Assembly (NCBI GenBank): GCA_030248215.1
Contig: JASANG010001329.1
Location: forward strand, 124,001-188,000
Source: Enoplolaimus lenunculus
Lineage: Eukaryota
Reading direction: 5' to 3'
Length of the DNA: 64,000 bases
The notes under the pieces are model-generated. The model made no database searches. It was not told where the DNA came from and was given only the letters and a program-made list of their open reading frames with translations. The translations under genes and the position numbers were made by a program. Within the stretch, counting starts at the first letter, position 1. Every line of letters begins with the position of its first letter. Of this stretch, positions 1 to 11,735 are shown in pieces.

Positions 1-5
1 TATAG

Positions 6-164
6 CGCTGGTGTTCACACGGGCAAAGATTTTCTGCTGGCGAGTATCTGTGGGAAGGAAAACCATTGAATGATTTCTTAGAAGGTAAAATGCTGAATGA
101 TTCCACAGTGCAGCAGCTCAGCTATCTGAGTCTTCCTGCTGCTAGACGGACTCTTTCATGTAAG
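6..164 (+). CDS. Candidate internal coding exon (159 nt, phase 0-0), unknown protein
   Basis: TAG at 3-5 as acceptor, then 53 open codons RWCSHGQRFSAGEYLWEGKPLNDFLEGKMLNDSTVQQLSYLSLPAARRTLSCK, then AAG|GTATGA donor. GC is higher than the flanks. The polypyrimidine tract lies outside the window and no homolog is recognised. Confidence 0.4.
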
Positions 165-3100
165 GTATGAATGAGGGACCCAGCAGGTTATCCAATTGGG
201 GAAAAAATCTGCCAGTGAAGCGAGCATGAAGCCAAAAAAGGGTCAATAAACAATGCTAACCCGGAATTTCGCCACAGTGTAATTTTTTTGAAGCCGCATC
301 GTAGATTGGTTTCGCCAGAGGATTCTACGTGCCCAAGCGATCCGAAACAAAGAAAACGACAAATATTTTTGATTAAAATAATTAAATGTTGCTCATTATC
401 CGATTTATGTTAAAAAATCAAGAATCGCATCATTTTTAATTCATGTACCAATGATAAACGGAGGAAACGAAACTGCATCTGAGTTGCAATTTAGTACCTA
501 AATATACGATTCCCTCGATCTAAATTTGAAAGTAACGTCTAGAAGAGAAAATGCTAAAATTCAACAGACGGGCAGTTTATAAGATGCCCGTTATGTGCTA
601 TAAATGACAATCTATGTATTTATCATTTATATCACCAAAATTGCTACATCACATTGTTATAGCTGTCATCTGTCATAGGCTTAATCTTAATCGATGACGG
701 GGGAAGCTCTGAGTTTAAGACGCTAACCAATCTCGATTTGAAAATTCGGAGGCGTTACAATTCCGGATCTATAGTGAACGTTTCTGGGAACACTAGCTTG
801 TCTCTGTAGGTAGAACGAATTTATACATTCGCCAATTTTTTTCATTTTGACACTGAGACATGGCATTAAAACAATTGCGTTTCCATCCAGTTGAATATTT
901 AGAGAACTCGGAATTTAACTGGTTATTGGGTCTAGTTTGATCTGCCATACTTTGGGGGTGAATTTAATCAATTCTTTTCATTTGAATAGCACCGAACTGA
1001 ATTTCGTTTAAAAGCTCAAACAAGTACCCAAAGTGTTTTTACACCGCATCCAGTGGTACAGCTTCAGTTTTATTACTGTATGAAACAAATTTATATACAA
1101 TTTTTTACTCGACTATGGCAGTTAACTTTTCGAACAACTTAGATTCTCATTTTCGAACAGACCTGTCCCTCAATTCTCGCTGAATTTCGTTCTCTTAAAA
1201 GCCGTACGCCTTATCATTGAATCTTGTTATGCCCGATGCAACCGCATAATATGAGCTATCCATATTCGTGCACGCGGATTGCATTAAAGATATTAATTTG
1301 TTTGTATTTATATTTATCTCTAAATATAAATATATCCTTAAATTTTAAACAAGCCACAGAAGCGAATTAACACGGACGTTCGCTGAAATTTCGACGGGGA
1401 ATTTTTACTCAGAACATCTATTTGACTAAATCTTTTATCCGTCGCTGTGATTTGTTTCGATAACCTACAGATCTTTGTATAGAGGTCTATCCAAACTCTA
1501 CCCCTCTGGATAAGGAATTGACAAAATTTATACTAGATTTCCTGCCGTAATATAAGGGGTGCGGATAAACACAGGGTGGTGTCCTGATCCCGAGTTTTAA
1601 TATCAAAACTTTCCATTTAGACTCAATCCAAAGGTTGCGCCTGGCTTCTCGCTCGGTTCTGTCGTCAATGTTTCTTCCATTATTACCTATTACATCCCTC
1701 TTTGGGTGCCCCACGTCGTTGGATGAGCTGCTGCGCCCAAAGTGGTATGCGTATACAAACAGAAGGACATTTTATAAGGACATTAGGACGCTTAAAACGA
1801 AACGGTGACTGCGTTAGTTTTTAGTTACCTTAAATGAACTATGGGCATTCGGCAGTAAAATCCTCTTAATGATTACAAAACATACTACTTAACCCATATC
1901 TAAAGGCGCTTTATTCAATGATATTTTGAAGGTGCATTTTAAAGAGTGTAAACTCGTGTTACAGTTATTAATTAAAATCCAATGAAAAGGTAAACACGGA
2001 TGAGACATAGAGCTTTGTTGAATTCAGTGATACCGGAAATGGATAGAATGTCTTGTTCTAAATAGAAAATGTGGTGGCATTAAACAACAAGCAATGCAAA
2101 GAAATATTAATTAGATGGCTCAAGGGAACCAGAAGAATGCAGGGTATATAAAGGTCAGAATTGTGCTTAGCGCCCGCTGCATCTATGATTGGCGAGCCTG
2201 GCATAAAAACCTTAGGCCTTTAGAGAATAAATACTTTCTGCAAAATGTGCGTTTACTTTCTCGCTTGTTTCGCTTGCGGTTTTTTTGCTACTACTCCTAA
2301 ATTTACCAAAACGAACCTACATATTTTCCATCGAAACGGCAATTGAAATTTAGTGTCGATTCTAGTATTCGAATCGCACACCAAAGTTAAGTAAAACTGA
2401 AATTTTGCTTCAGGTTTTGGTACAAAGATAGCGTGTGGCTTCTAGCTCGTAAAGTTTTCTTCATTGGATTTCATCCTGTTTTGACGCTTGACTGATCAAA
2501 CCTCTGATGGTACTTGCGTATTACATTATTTTGTCGCACAAAATTGAAGTTAGGGCAATGCGTCCAGCTTTTTGCTCGGAAGACATTTTTAGACTAATCA
2601 GTTTAATTGAAATTATCGTCTTGGCTCGAATACGATATTTCTAAATTTTTATACTATTTGGTTCAAGTTGAACTGAACCGTTGGACAACGACCAAGTAAA
2701 CTTGACCTGAACTCGTATAGAAAATCGGCTTCTACGGTTTAAAATTATACCCGGAGAGATATATAACTGATCAATTGTTAAATTTAAGAATAAATATGAC
2801 AAGATAACTACAAAACGAAACGATTAAAAGTTGACAAATTAAAACTAAATAAACCTAAACTGAGGACACTGACAACTGTCGTAAATAGAGAGAGAGCGAA
2901 GTAATTGTATACCCACATCTCTTCAGCAGATTAGCATCGAAAGTTTGTCTTACAATTTTGAAACAATAAACCAAGTCGATCCACTCGAGATTTTATGCAA
3001 AAGTTGAGTTCAATAAATATTAATAATTGTTTAAATTTAATGTAAATAAATGCTCCAAAACTGGCGACTGCGATAAGCATCATACTGTGCAACGTCGCCA

Positions 3101-6100
3101 CGCGACCCCAAATAAACTTTGGGAGCAAAAAAGCTAAAGCGAAAATACGTTGAAAATTATGTTCGTGCGATTTCAAAAGCTTAGCAAATCTTGCATCAAT
3201 TTTAACATTAATTTTGTTTCCTGATACATCGAACACCTACAATTCACCAATAGGGTTAAAAGGAATATTATTTCCAGCAAAACGCTTGCTGAAACAAACA
3301 AACTTAAAAACAAAACTATAGGTGCTTAAGTAATTTAGCTAAACCCTCCCTAAACCAAAATCTTTGCTACGCGCCTTGGATCAGCTACGAAACCACGGGT
3401 TGAAACCTTGAAGCCAACGGTCCTAATCCGCATATAGTCCTAGTATACTTAGCTTCCAATTTTAAAACAACCGTTAGATTTAAAGTATTAGTTTATTTTT
3501 CCTAAGTATAGCTTAGCTTAGACCAGGCTTACGCTTGGAGTAAACCTAAGCCTAAACTTAAGCCTAACCAAAAGTTTGTACATATTTTACTTGTTGAGTC
3601 AATATGTGCGGTGAAAACTAAAGTTTCAATTTTTCTGAAATTAGTTCTAAAATTTACGAAATAAAAAATATAAAATTTTACGGACAAACCGTTAAACCTT
3701 CCCTGCCCTAAACGTGTTGTCAACGTAGCTGTTGGACTATTCCTGTTCTAAATGTATTGGTTAGACAACCCCAGTAATTTCTCGGAGGTTATGCCTAAGC
3801 TGCGGGTATGCATCTTTGGTGCACATACAATGCAAATTTGTATATTTCGCAACTCCCGCGTAATTTAGAAACATACCAGCTTGGATAAATACATTTGCAA
3901 TAAATCATCTTAGTCCGGATATTTTTTTCATCCGGGTAATTTTTTAATATCCGAACCCGAAACCTTTTGTGGTGAAACCCCCACAGCCAATACCCGGAGA
4001 GGAATTTTTCGGCAGAAAGCCCATGGAATAACCCGAATGCAACACTCTACTCAAAATACTACCGTCTCTGGCAAACGAAAACAACAGACCTGTGCACAAA
4101 TTGAATTTGAAAAATTTTCAATTTTAAAATTTGCAATTCAACAACGTGTTAAATCGTTCATTTGACACAATAAATAATAACAACATAATATATACATCAC
4201 TGCAACTCGGCATTTTTCAACGTATTTAAATGATTATACAAGGTGTCTCTTTCCTTGTATCACACCTCAACTTTTCCCTTTAGAAACACAGATGTGTTTA
4301 TACTCGGCGTGACGGGAACTCATGCTGAGTTTACCCGAAGAAAAACGTGATAACGATTATTGTCAAAGAAACTTTACACATCTAAAACTGCTATAATATT
4401 ATTATTATAGATCTTTCAAAATTTGCATATATATTAACCTCAAAAATACTAACGCGGCATTCAATGATGCCTGTATGTGAGTTAAAACGGGGCCACCTGC
4501 TACGACTAACTGTTTTCGAGTTAAAACTGTGACAAAATTGTATTACAAATGTTATCAAATCAAAATATCGTCCCTAGCGTTACACATACAGCCACAGAAA
4601 GAAAATTGCAAATATACAGCGGTCTCGCTGCAGGGCAGAAGAGGAAACATGCCCGATCAAATGTAAATCTGTCCGTAGCCAAGCTCAATGCCAAACCATA
4701 AATGTGGTTAAAAATTAGTTTTTCAAACAGCATCACATAAACACTTCTATGGATATTGTATTAATATTTTGTTTATTTTGATTTATATAGGAAAAAGCAG
4801 TTTAAAACGGTTAAAAAGCTACAATTTTTAATCTATTAGGTAGCGTAGAGAAATATTTCGTTTCACCAAAAAGCGCAACATGTGTTTATGAATTTACACA
4901 AAATTTAATTTAAGACTTATCAACAGTTGGTGAAACGTTTTGTAATCATTAACCGTGCGCCGAATTTGATTGCACAAATTTTGCGTAGCAGACATAGCTA
5001 TTAAAAGGAGCAATTTGAATAACCTGGAGGTTCAGGTTTAAGTTCAGGGTGGTCGCTAAATTGACTCGATACTAAATCAAATTTGCATTGAGATGCACTG
5101 TTATTAGTAAACGCAAAATTACTTAGCTAATGAAATATTTGATAAACTGAGAGTTGGCAAGTGTACTGTTCTCTCGCTTGTAGACTTCTGCAATTTAAGG
5201 GTTGCAGTGGCTTTGGCAATCCAGACCTGATCACAGTGCGTAACTATTGAATTTAGCTCAGGTTTTTAGATTTAGAATCTTAAATAACTGGTGTACTCTC
5301 ATCAATTTCAATTGTTGCGTACGGCACCTACGTTGTACGCCTGATTTAGTTACCGAGACTGTTTTATACCGTATACCAAATTCCAATGCTTCCATGAATT
5401 AACCCATATGGTTGGTCGCTAACTGGTACTAAACATCGCAATATAATCTCAAAATCTGTAAACGTTGTTTGAAAAGTACGACTAAATTAACTCGCAGTAT
5501 TAGCAATTAAATTTTTCAAATTCAACTTTCAGATTACATTTTCCGCCTGTTGACTCAATCTAGCCAGCTAGGCTCTGCATTTTAATTGTGGTTTACATTT
5601 AAAACGCGACCGTATAGCTATGTAATCAATTTTCTGTTATATTTCTGTTAAAATTTAAACCATCCAGGACTTAAGTCGTAACCTCATTTTGCAGGGAAAG
5701 TTATTAAGTTTAACTAGCGACACAGTTCAAAAGTCATTTAGAACGCTAGATTTTACACCGTGGAATACAAATTTACAAAACAAACCATATTTCAAAGAAA
5801 CCAACTAAACACATTTACTTGTTTAATGTGGCAGGTGTTATTTTTGGGCCGTCTAAAATCTTTGTTTTGCATAATTGTTGATTGTAAACATCTAAACATC
5901 ACGACGGGAGGTTTGTCTTTTAATTTTAAAATATCTGTGGAGTCTACGAACTGTCTGTTGAACTGAGAAATATAGTAAACCTATGCATTTGAATTATTTG
6001 ACCGCCGCTAGTTGGTACTCAGCTAAGAAACACAATATCAATTCTTACTTAATACAGTATCATATTGATTTCTTCGCGAAAATTGTAACCCGCTTGCGGT

Positions 6101-6190
6101 TAAGTTGACAGACGGCAGTGAAGTAACAAAGCCATAATGCAGGCTTTGGACTTCTGTACGCTTTCCACCATATTTATGTTCATGCGTAGG

Positions 6191-6526
6191 CAGGGTGCAA
6201 CCAGAATTCCGGTTCCGGCATTTTTTCAGCTTTCAGTTCCGGTAAATTTTTGCGGGAATTAATAAGAATTCTGGTGGTAAAACAAGAACTTTTCTGTGTT
6301 TCTTATTTCAGTAAAACGAAGTCTAGTGCTACATCATTTAAAATTCGTATGCTAGCGCATAAAAGTTATTTGCTACAAACGAAAAATGTAATATTTTTAA
6401 ATTGGTTACACAAACAATAAAATGAAGAATTGATCAAAGCTACAATTGCAATTCTGGTTCCGACAAAAAATTTGAATTCCGACTCTAATTTCGATTCCAA
6501 CTAAACGTCATTCCTGTTCAGTCCCT
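6191..6526. mobile_element. Degenerate hAT-like MITE with TTCCGG subterminal motifs
   Basis: Starts CAGGGTGCAACCAGAATTCCGGTTCCGG and ends ATTCCTGTTCAGTCCCTA. TTCCGG/TTCCGA motifs repeat near both ends. No clear TSD. Confidence 0.35.
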
Positions 6527-8521
6527 ACTTGGAACTGAAAGACCGTAGTTGTTTTCGAGCTGAAAAATTACTCATAAATTAATGAAAACATCTAAAACAT
6601 ATACCACACTTTAGACATGAGTATTATAATTGTGTTATCAGAAACACAACGGCAATTAACGTTAAGCCACCCGCGCCGTGCGGTTTTTCTCGCCATAACT
6701 CGTTTAATCTAACAAATAGTATTATTTAATGATCGAAAATAAATCGATTTCCTCTAAAAGGTAAAAGATGGAACCATCTGTTATAGAAATTAACCGCAGT
6801 AGAACATCACTAGTTTAAAGATATTTCAAACGTTAGTCTGTGTGGTATCCAGCTATAGTTTATTGCTTAATGCAAACGTAACTCGTGCAGGTCCGTAGCC
6901 AAAGTGTAACTAAGGTGCTGAGCTCCTCCTAGAATAATGTTTGCCCTGCAAAGATAATATCTAAACTCCGGGTCGTGCCTAAGGTTGCCCGACCCTAAGC
7001 TGAAGTCCAGGCCGTTTAGTAGTAATCTATGGATGTGCTTCCTGAAAACTTGTTTGCCCCCCCAATACATGCTGAGCTCTATACGGACCTGAGAGAGACT
7101 AGAAAACGCGTTTTATAAGGCTTTAAAAAGTGACCTTCTGGATTCTACAGATCAAAAAATTTTATCGTCGTTGGCGAAAAACCTATACCTGTGTGGTTTG
7201 GGTGTGGATATACTGAAATCCTATATATGCTTCTGTTCGCAGAGGTATTATTTTGCAATTTAGTTGACATTGGTTTAGAAAGAAACATTAAAACAGTGAT
7301 ATAAAATGTTAATTTAAAGAATGATTTTGAAACAAAGTATAAATATTTCAAATTTAAGTTACTCTTCCAACATGTATAAAAGTCCGTAGTCTTATTGTTA
7401 TCTTTTCCACTTCGCTCCTGTTAAACAGAGGCACATTACTCGCCAAACTAGGTAAGCTGCAAAATGCTGCGTCAACGTAGTGGCCTAAATTGCTAACTGA
7501 AATCCTTAGGGGGTGGTAAGATAGAAATGTTTCTCAGAAGCGACACAAACGTTCAGTTTTAATGGTGCGTCATAGTTGATTACAACGGAGCCAACAATTT
7601 CAAGGTAATTTATACCGACCTGAAGTCATATAACACTATATAGAAGCATAAAGCTACTATCTAAAGCAGAACCAGTGTTACTCCTAGGAGCGTCCCGTAG
7701 TCTCGAAGTACAGCAATAGTATAGGGCCAGGTTAGACTATTTAGGCCGCCGAAAGTGAGATTGGCCTAAAGTATAGCACTGACACTTAAAAATTCAGACC
7801 ATTAGCCAGACGAATTAATAGAGATGGGGCAAACAAACGTTTTTGGATGTTGCCAGGATAAAGCGCGGGTCGGGCAAAAAAATCCTTACCCACATCCCAC
7901 TCTGATGACACTGGCTAGGCTGTAACAAATCGAATTGAATGCTACCGGTGACAGAAACTCACTGTACCCTCTATTGCCTGTATGATGCAGTACGCCTAAG
8001 GTCACACAGAAAAGGTTCATTAAGGTATTTTCAAAGCAGCACGATTTGAGACCGGGAGGGGAAACGCGGCTGTACAAAATCACAACCTGCACTTCAGATT
8101 TTGCAATCAAAGTGGCAGCCAAGGGAACCAGTGGGATTGGTCATATTTATGAAGCACCTGAAAGTCATGCATAGCTGTCATTGGAGTTTTTTAGCCTCCC
8201 TACTGCCATGATGAGATCGAAACGTTCCCGAATGATCAACCGTTTCGGTATGGTCCGAACCTGTGTACCGTCTTTGGGTATATTTTGTTCTGATCTGTGC
8301 ACTGTGTCACCTTCAATGCCCCCTCTTTGTTGCTCCCTGGGTCATATTCAACCGTCCCCTTCCAAAATGCTACACGCACGTCAACACAGATGACTTACCG
8401 GTTCGGCTTTATCATTCATACATGATTGTGTAAAAGCCAACGGTAACGAGAAGACAAAATTATCTCTAATGAACCTTTTATCTCCGGAGCTTTTGCGCCA
8501 AATTTTGAACTCGCTTTTCAG

Positions 8522-8552
8522 AGCGACCGTCGAGATTCCGAACCTCGTATAA
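8522..8552 (+). CDS. Candidate 31-nt microexon (phase 0-1), SDRRDSEPRI
   Basis: CTCGCTTTTCAG acceptor and A|GTGAGT donor, open in frame 0. Confidence 0.22.
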
Positions 8553-9058
8553 GTGAGTTAGCTTGAGGTTGATTTAGTTCTGTTTCATACCTGACTTAAA
8601 AGGTACTAAGCGGCGTAGTGACGTGGCATAGAACGATTTTTTGGTACGAAAAGCCAGATCCAGTCGCTAGCGCGCAACAGGAAAGACTGTGAATGTAATT
8701 TTGTTGAACAGACCAGGCAGCTGAAACAGCGTTGTAGTTAGGCTGGCTAAAACGATTGAGAATACTAGCAAAATTCAAATCTGTAAAGATGTATATGTAA
8801 CTTTTTCCTGTTAAAACAGTTGAGTAAGTTTTATAAAAATATGGAAAAAGCTAACAAGCGTGATAAAATCTGCGTTGTATGAAACGGTTTTTAATCATAA
8901 CTATAATTATTTTGCTTAACCGATAATGGGGATAAGGAATCCTAGTTGCTATCCGGTTCCGAACTGTTAATTTTTCAACTCACTTTCAGTTTTATTTAGA
9001 CTACACATCGAAGGGACAAATTAAATTTTAACGAAGACGTCTTTTAAAAACGCATATT

Positions 9059-9250
9059 CAGTGGCGTATTCTGGATTTTCGTGATCGGGAATCAGAGGTT
9101 GGCCAAGCCATACTGTCTATCAAGTTAGCTTTGGTGTCGCCTTTTTACTTCTTCTAAAGTTGTGTCTAATTTTTATGCTGTCTGAGTCAAACTTGCGAAC
9201 GAAGCGACCGAGGAGCCAAACGAAATTTCTGTATTAAATCCCAATAAGAG
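9059..9250 (-). mobile_element. Old hAT-like MITE fragment (family F)
   Basis: CAGTGGCGTATTCTGGA terminus and the core GCGAACGAAGCGACCGAGGAGCCAAACGAAATTT, shared with 16144-16320, 23333-23449 and 58040-58204. Confidence 0.45.
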
Positions 9251-9996
9251 TTAGACTGGTTTAGTACGGTCTGTCCTGTTGTGTAAGTAGGAGAGGGTCA
9301 AAAATTTTCCTGCGGGGTAAGGTTCTTTTTGTTTTCAGAAAATAAATCTTAAAACGCGTATTTGCATTTTTTATCTGTTAGATTAACTAATTGAGCAGGC
9401 AAAAACTCGAAGTGTAGCGTCATCGCATTTCTCAATTATTTGGCTAGAAAAAGCATTGTGAGCTTGAAATAAACTATTTGTTTCGCAAAGTTTTCCACAC
9501 AACAGAGCCAGGCGGGAGGATGCATCTTTCCGTCGCATCTCCGGAATCCGTCACGCCGTTAAACTCGTCCTTTAGTAGCGCAGCAGATAAAATTCTTGGT
9601 CAGAGAAATATACTGCAAGCGACGCGAGTTAGAAGCTAGACACAATTTTAGCGGTGGCTAACATACAATACCCTCCAAAAATTATTAATGTTGGAAACAT
9701 TGGGGCAAAATTATTGGGCGGCTTAAACTTTTTAGCCCCCCAACAACTACGTCACTGAAAAGCATATATCGTTAATTTGGAACAAACTTGATATCATTAT
9801 CGTGAAACTTATACAGCGTTTACACTCATGGTATGTTTACTGTCAAAGTTTATGCTTCATAGCGTCTATTAAGTTCGGGCTTAAATTTAGGCCTAAAGCT
9901 GAGGTTCCAGGATCAGATTTAGCAAAACTACAATGGATCGAACGTTAGAAAATTTCGATTTAAATTATACTTTAAAAACAAGTTACCAGTTGTTAC

Positions 9997-11492
9997 AGTG
10001 CCCCTAGTCGGGTCATGAAGAGGATATATCTTATGTATAACCTGTAAAGTTTAGAAACAAGACGCTTGAACCAATTTTAAAAGATTGGCAAAAAGTTTAA
10101 CTGGTTTTCACAAGCAAGCTGTGGTATGTCACACAGAAACATATTCGCAACTTTACAAGGTCACGACTTACAAAAACAAATAGAAAAACGAATAGAACGT
10201 TTACAGTGGCGCCAATGTGAATCACGAGAAGTTTCATTTCGCTTTTGAAATTTATATAATTTCTAAAAACAGCTACACTTTTCAAGCCATGATAGCAGTT
10301 TTGCCTAATCTTAGACATAATTTCTTTCAAGCATTTAGTACGGAAATAGGTTCACAATTTTACTACAATTCGGCCGTTCTGTTTTATTCTACTGCAAACG
10401 ATAGATTCTGCAACAAACTTTTGTGTGCACTATTACTGTAGTGACCCTAATAAGAGGAGAGCGGTAACAAAAATGTCTTGTCCGCATAATGCTTCCTGAA
10501 TATTAACCCTTTCACTCATAGAGTATACTATGAGCAACTAAATACAATAATGTACGAGCAATACACACACTGTGAGCAGTGTTTAACATTTATAACATAT
10601 ATGCGCAGTGCAAAATCTCCACAAGACGCGAGAGCGTACTCGGGTTCGAGCGTCAAGCTCTTATAGCTCCGTGGTCATCGTAAACGCCTTCCACCCGTGA
10701 GACCGGGGATCGAAACTTACCTTGAAATTACATCTCATATGAAATTGAAAATATTCATGTGAGAAGTGTTAAGTTCTGTACAGCATAATATACATATTTA
10801 TTACTTAAAAGTGTCATGTTCCCTATATTCAGCAGCATAAAGTCTTTAAAATGTGTTTTAGAGTAATGAATTTGAATTTTATGTAAAATAACGGGCAAAG
10901 TTTTAAAGGTGTGTGGTCCAAATGTCTGGAATGTGCATGGAAAAATAAAGAGCAGCCCTGAACCGAATAACGATCGAGGTGCGCTCTATATGGATGACAC
11001 GAGTATCAGTGACCCCATCTTATTCCGGTCACCACAGTATATCGTCCAATCGCGTCTGTTTCAAAAGCTGAAATCAGTAACCTTTTCTATTCTGCGATCA
11101 GGAGAGGGGTATTTATCTACTATTTGCATTGTTTCCTGTTTAAATACTGTACAGGTAGTTTTTTACTATCCCTTTTCATAATGGATTGTTTCGAAACAGA
11201 GTTTAGGTTTTCTACATTACTGTAGCAGCAAACCTATTACCCATTAGGAATTTACATCGTATCAAACAAAGCTGCGAATATATTTCTGTGTCACTTATCA
11301 CAACTTGCTTGTGAAAACCAGTTAGACTTTTTGGCTACTCTAAATTCCGCAGCTCTGCAAAATAGGTGGGATTTTTTTGGAAAGAAGATAGTGAACGAAT
11401 ATTAATTTTAAAATTGGTTTAAGCACCTTTGTTTCTAACCTTTTCAGGTTACACACAAAAGATAACCTTTTGATGACCCGACTAGAGGCACT
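9997..11492. mobile_element. Non-autonomous Kolobok-like DNA transposon (~1.5 kb, ~85-bp TIRs)
   Basis: Left end AGTGCCCCTAGTCGGGTCATGAAGAGG...TTAGAAACAAGACGCTTGAACCAATTTTAAAA matches the reverse complement of the right end (TTTTAAAATTGGTTTAAGCACC...TGATGACCCGACTAGAGGCACT). Flanks are TTAC and TTAA, termini are AG. Confidence 0.75.
10657..10725 (+). other. Degenerate tRNA-derived sequence (SINE head or tRNA pseudogene, Gly/Asp-like)
   Basis: A-box-like TAGCTCCGTGG (10664), then CGCCTTCCACCCGTGAGACCGGGGATCGAAAC resembling the anticodon and T arms of tRNA-Gly/Asp. B-box is mutated and there is no acceptor stem. Confidence 0.5.
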
Positions 11493-11516
11493 TTAACAAC
11501 TAGATTGAACACTATA

Positions 11517-11735
11517 TACTGCAAAAAATGGTGAGTCAAATTGACTCTCTCAGAAATGTGCTTTTGCTGATTACACACACTGAGTCAAAATTCGACTCCG
11601 CCAGAGTCAAATTCGATTCACTGAACGCTCAGTGAGTCGAATTTGACTCTGGCGGAGTCAAATTTGACTCAGTTTGTGTAGTCAGGAGAAGCCTATTTCC
11701 GAGAGAGTCAATTTGACTCCCCATTTTTTACAGTG
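11517..11735. mobile_element. Palindromic CACTG-type (EnSpm/CMC-like) MITE, family C1
   Basis: TACTGCAAAAAATGGTGAGTCAAATTGACTC...GAGTCAATTTGACTCCCCATTTTTTACAGTG. Nearly the whole element folds back. TA on both sides. Second copy at 30365. Confidence 0.85.

Noticed and set aside
8200..8256. Minimal hammerhead ribozyme-like TGATGA-GATC-GAAAC
   Set aside because: The core C is replaced by A, and stem III does not register with a cleavage triplet and stem I.
10507..10768. piggyBac-like MITE (TTAA|CCCT...|TTAA)
   Set aside because: The inverted match between the ends is too weak and there is no second copy.
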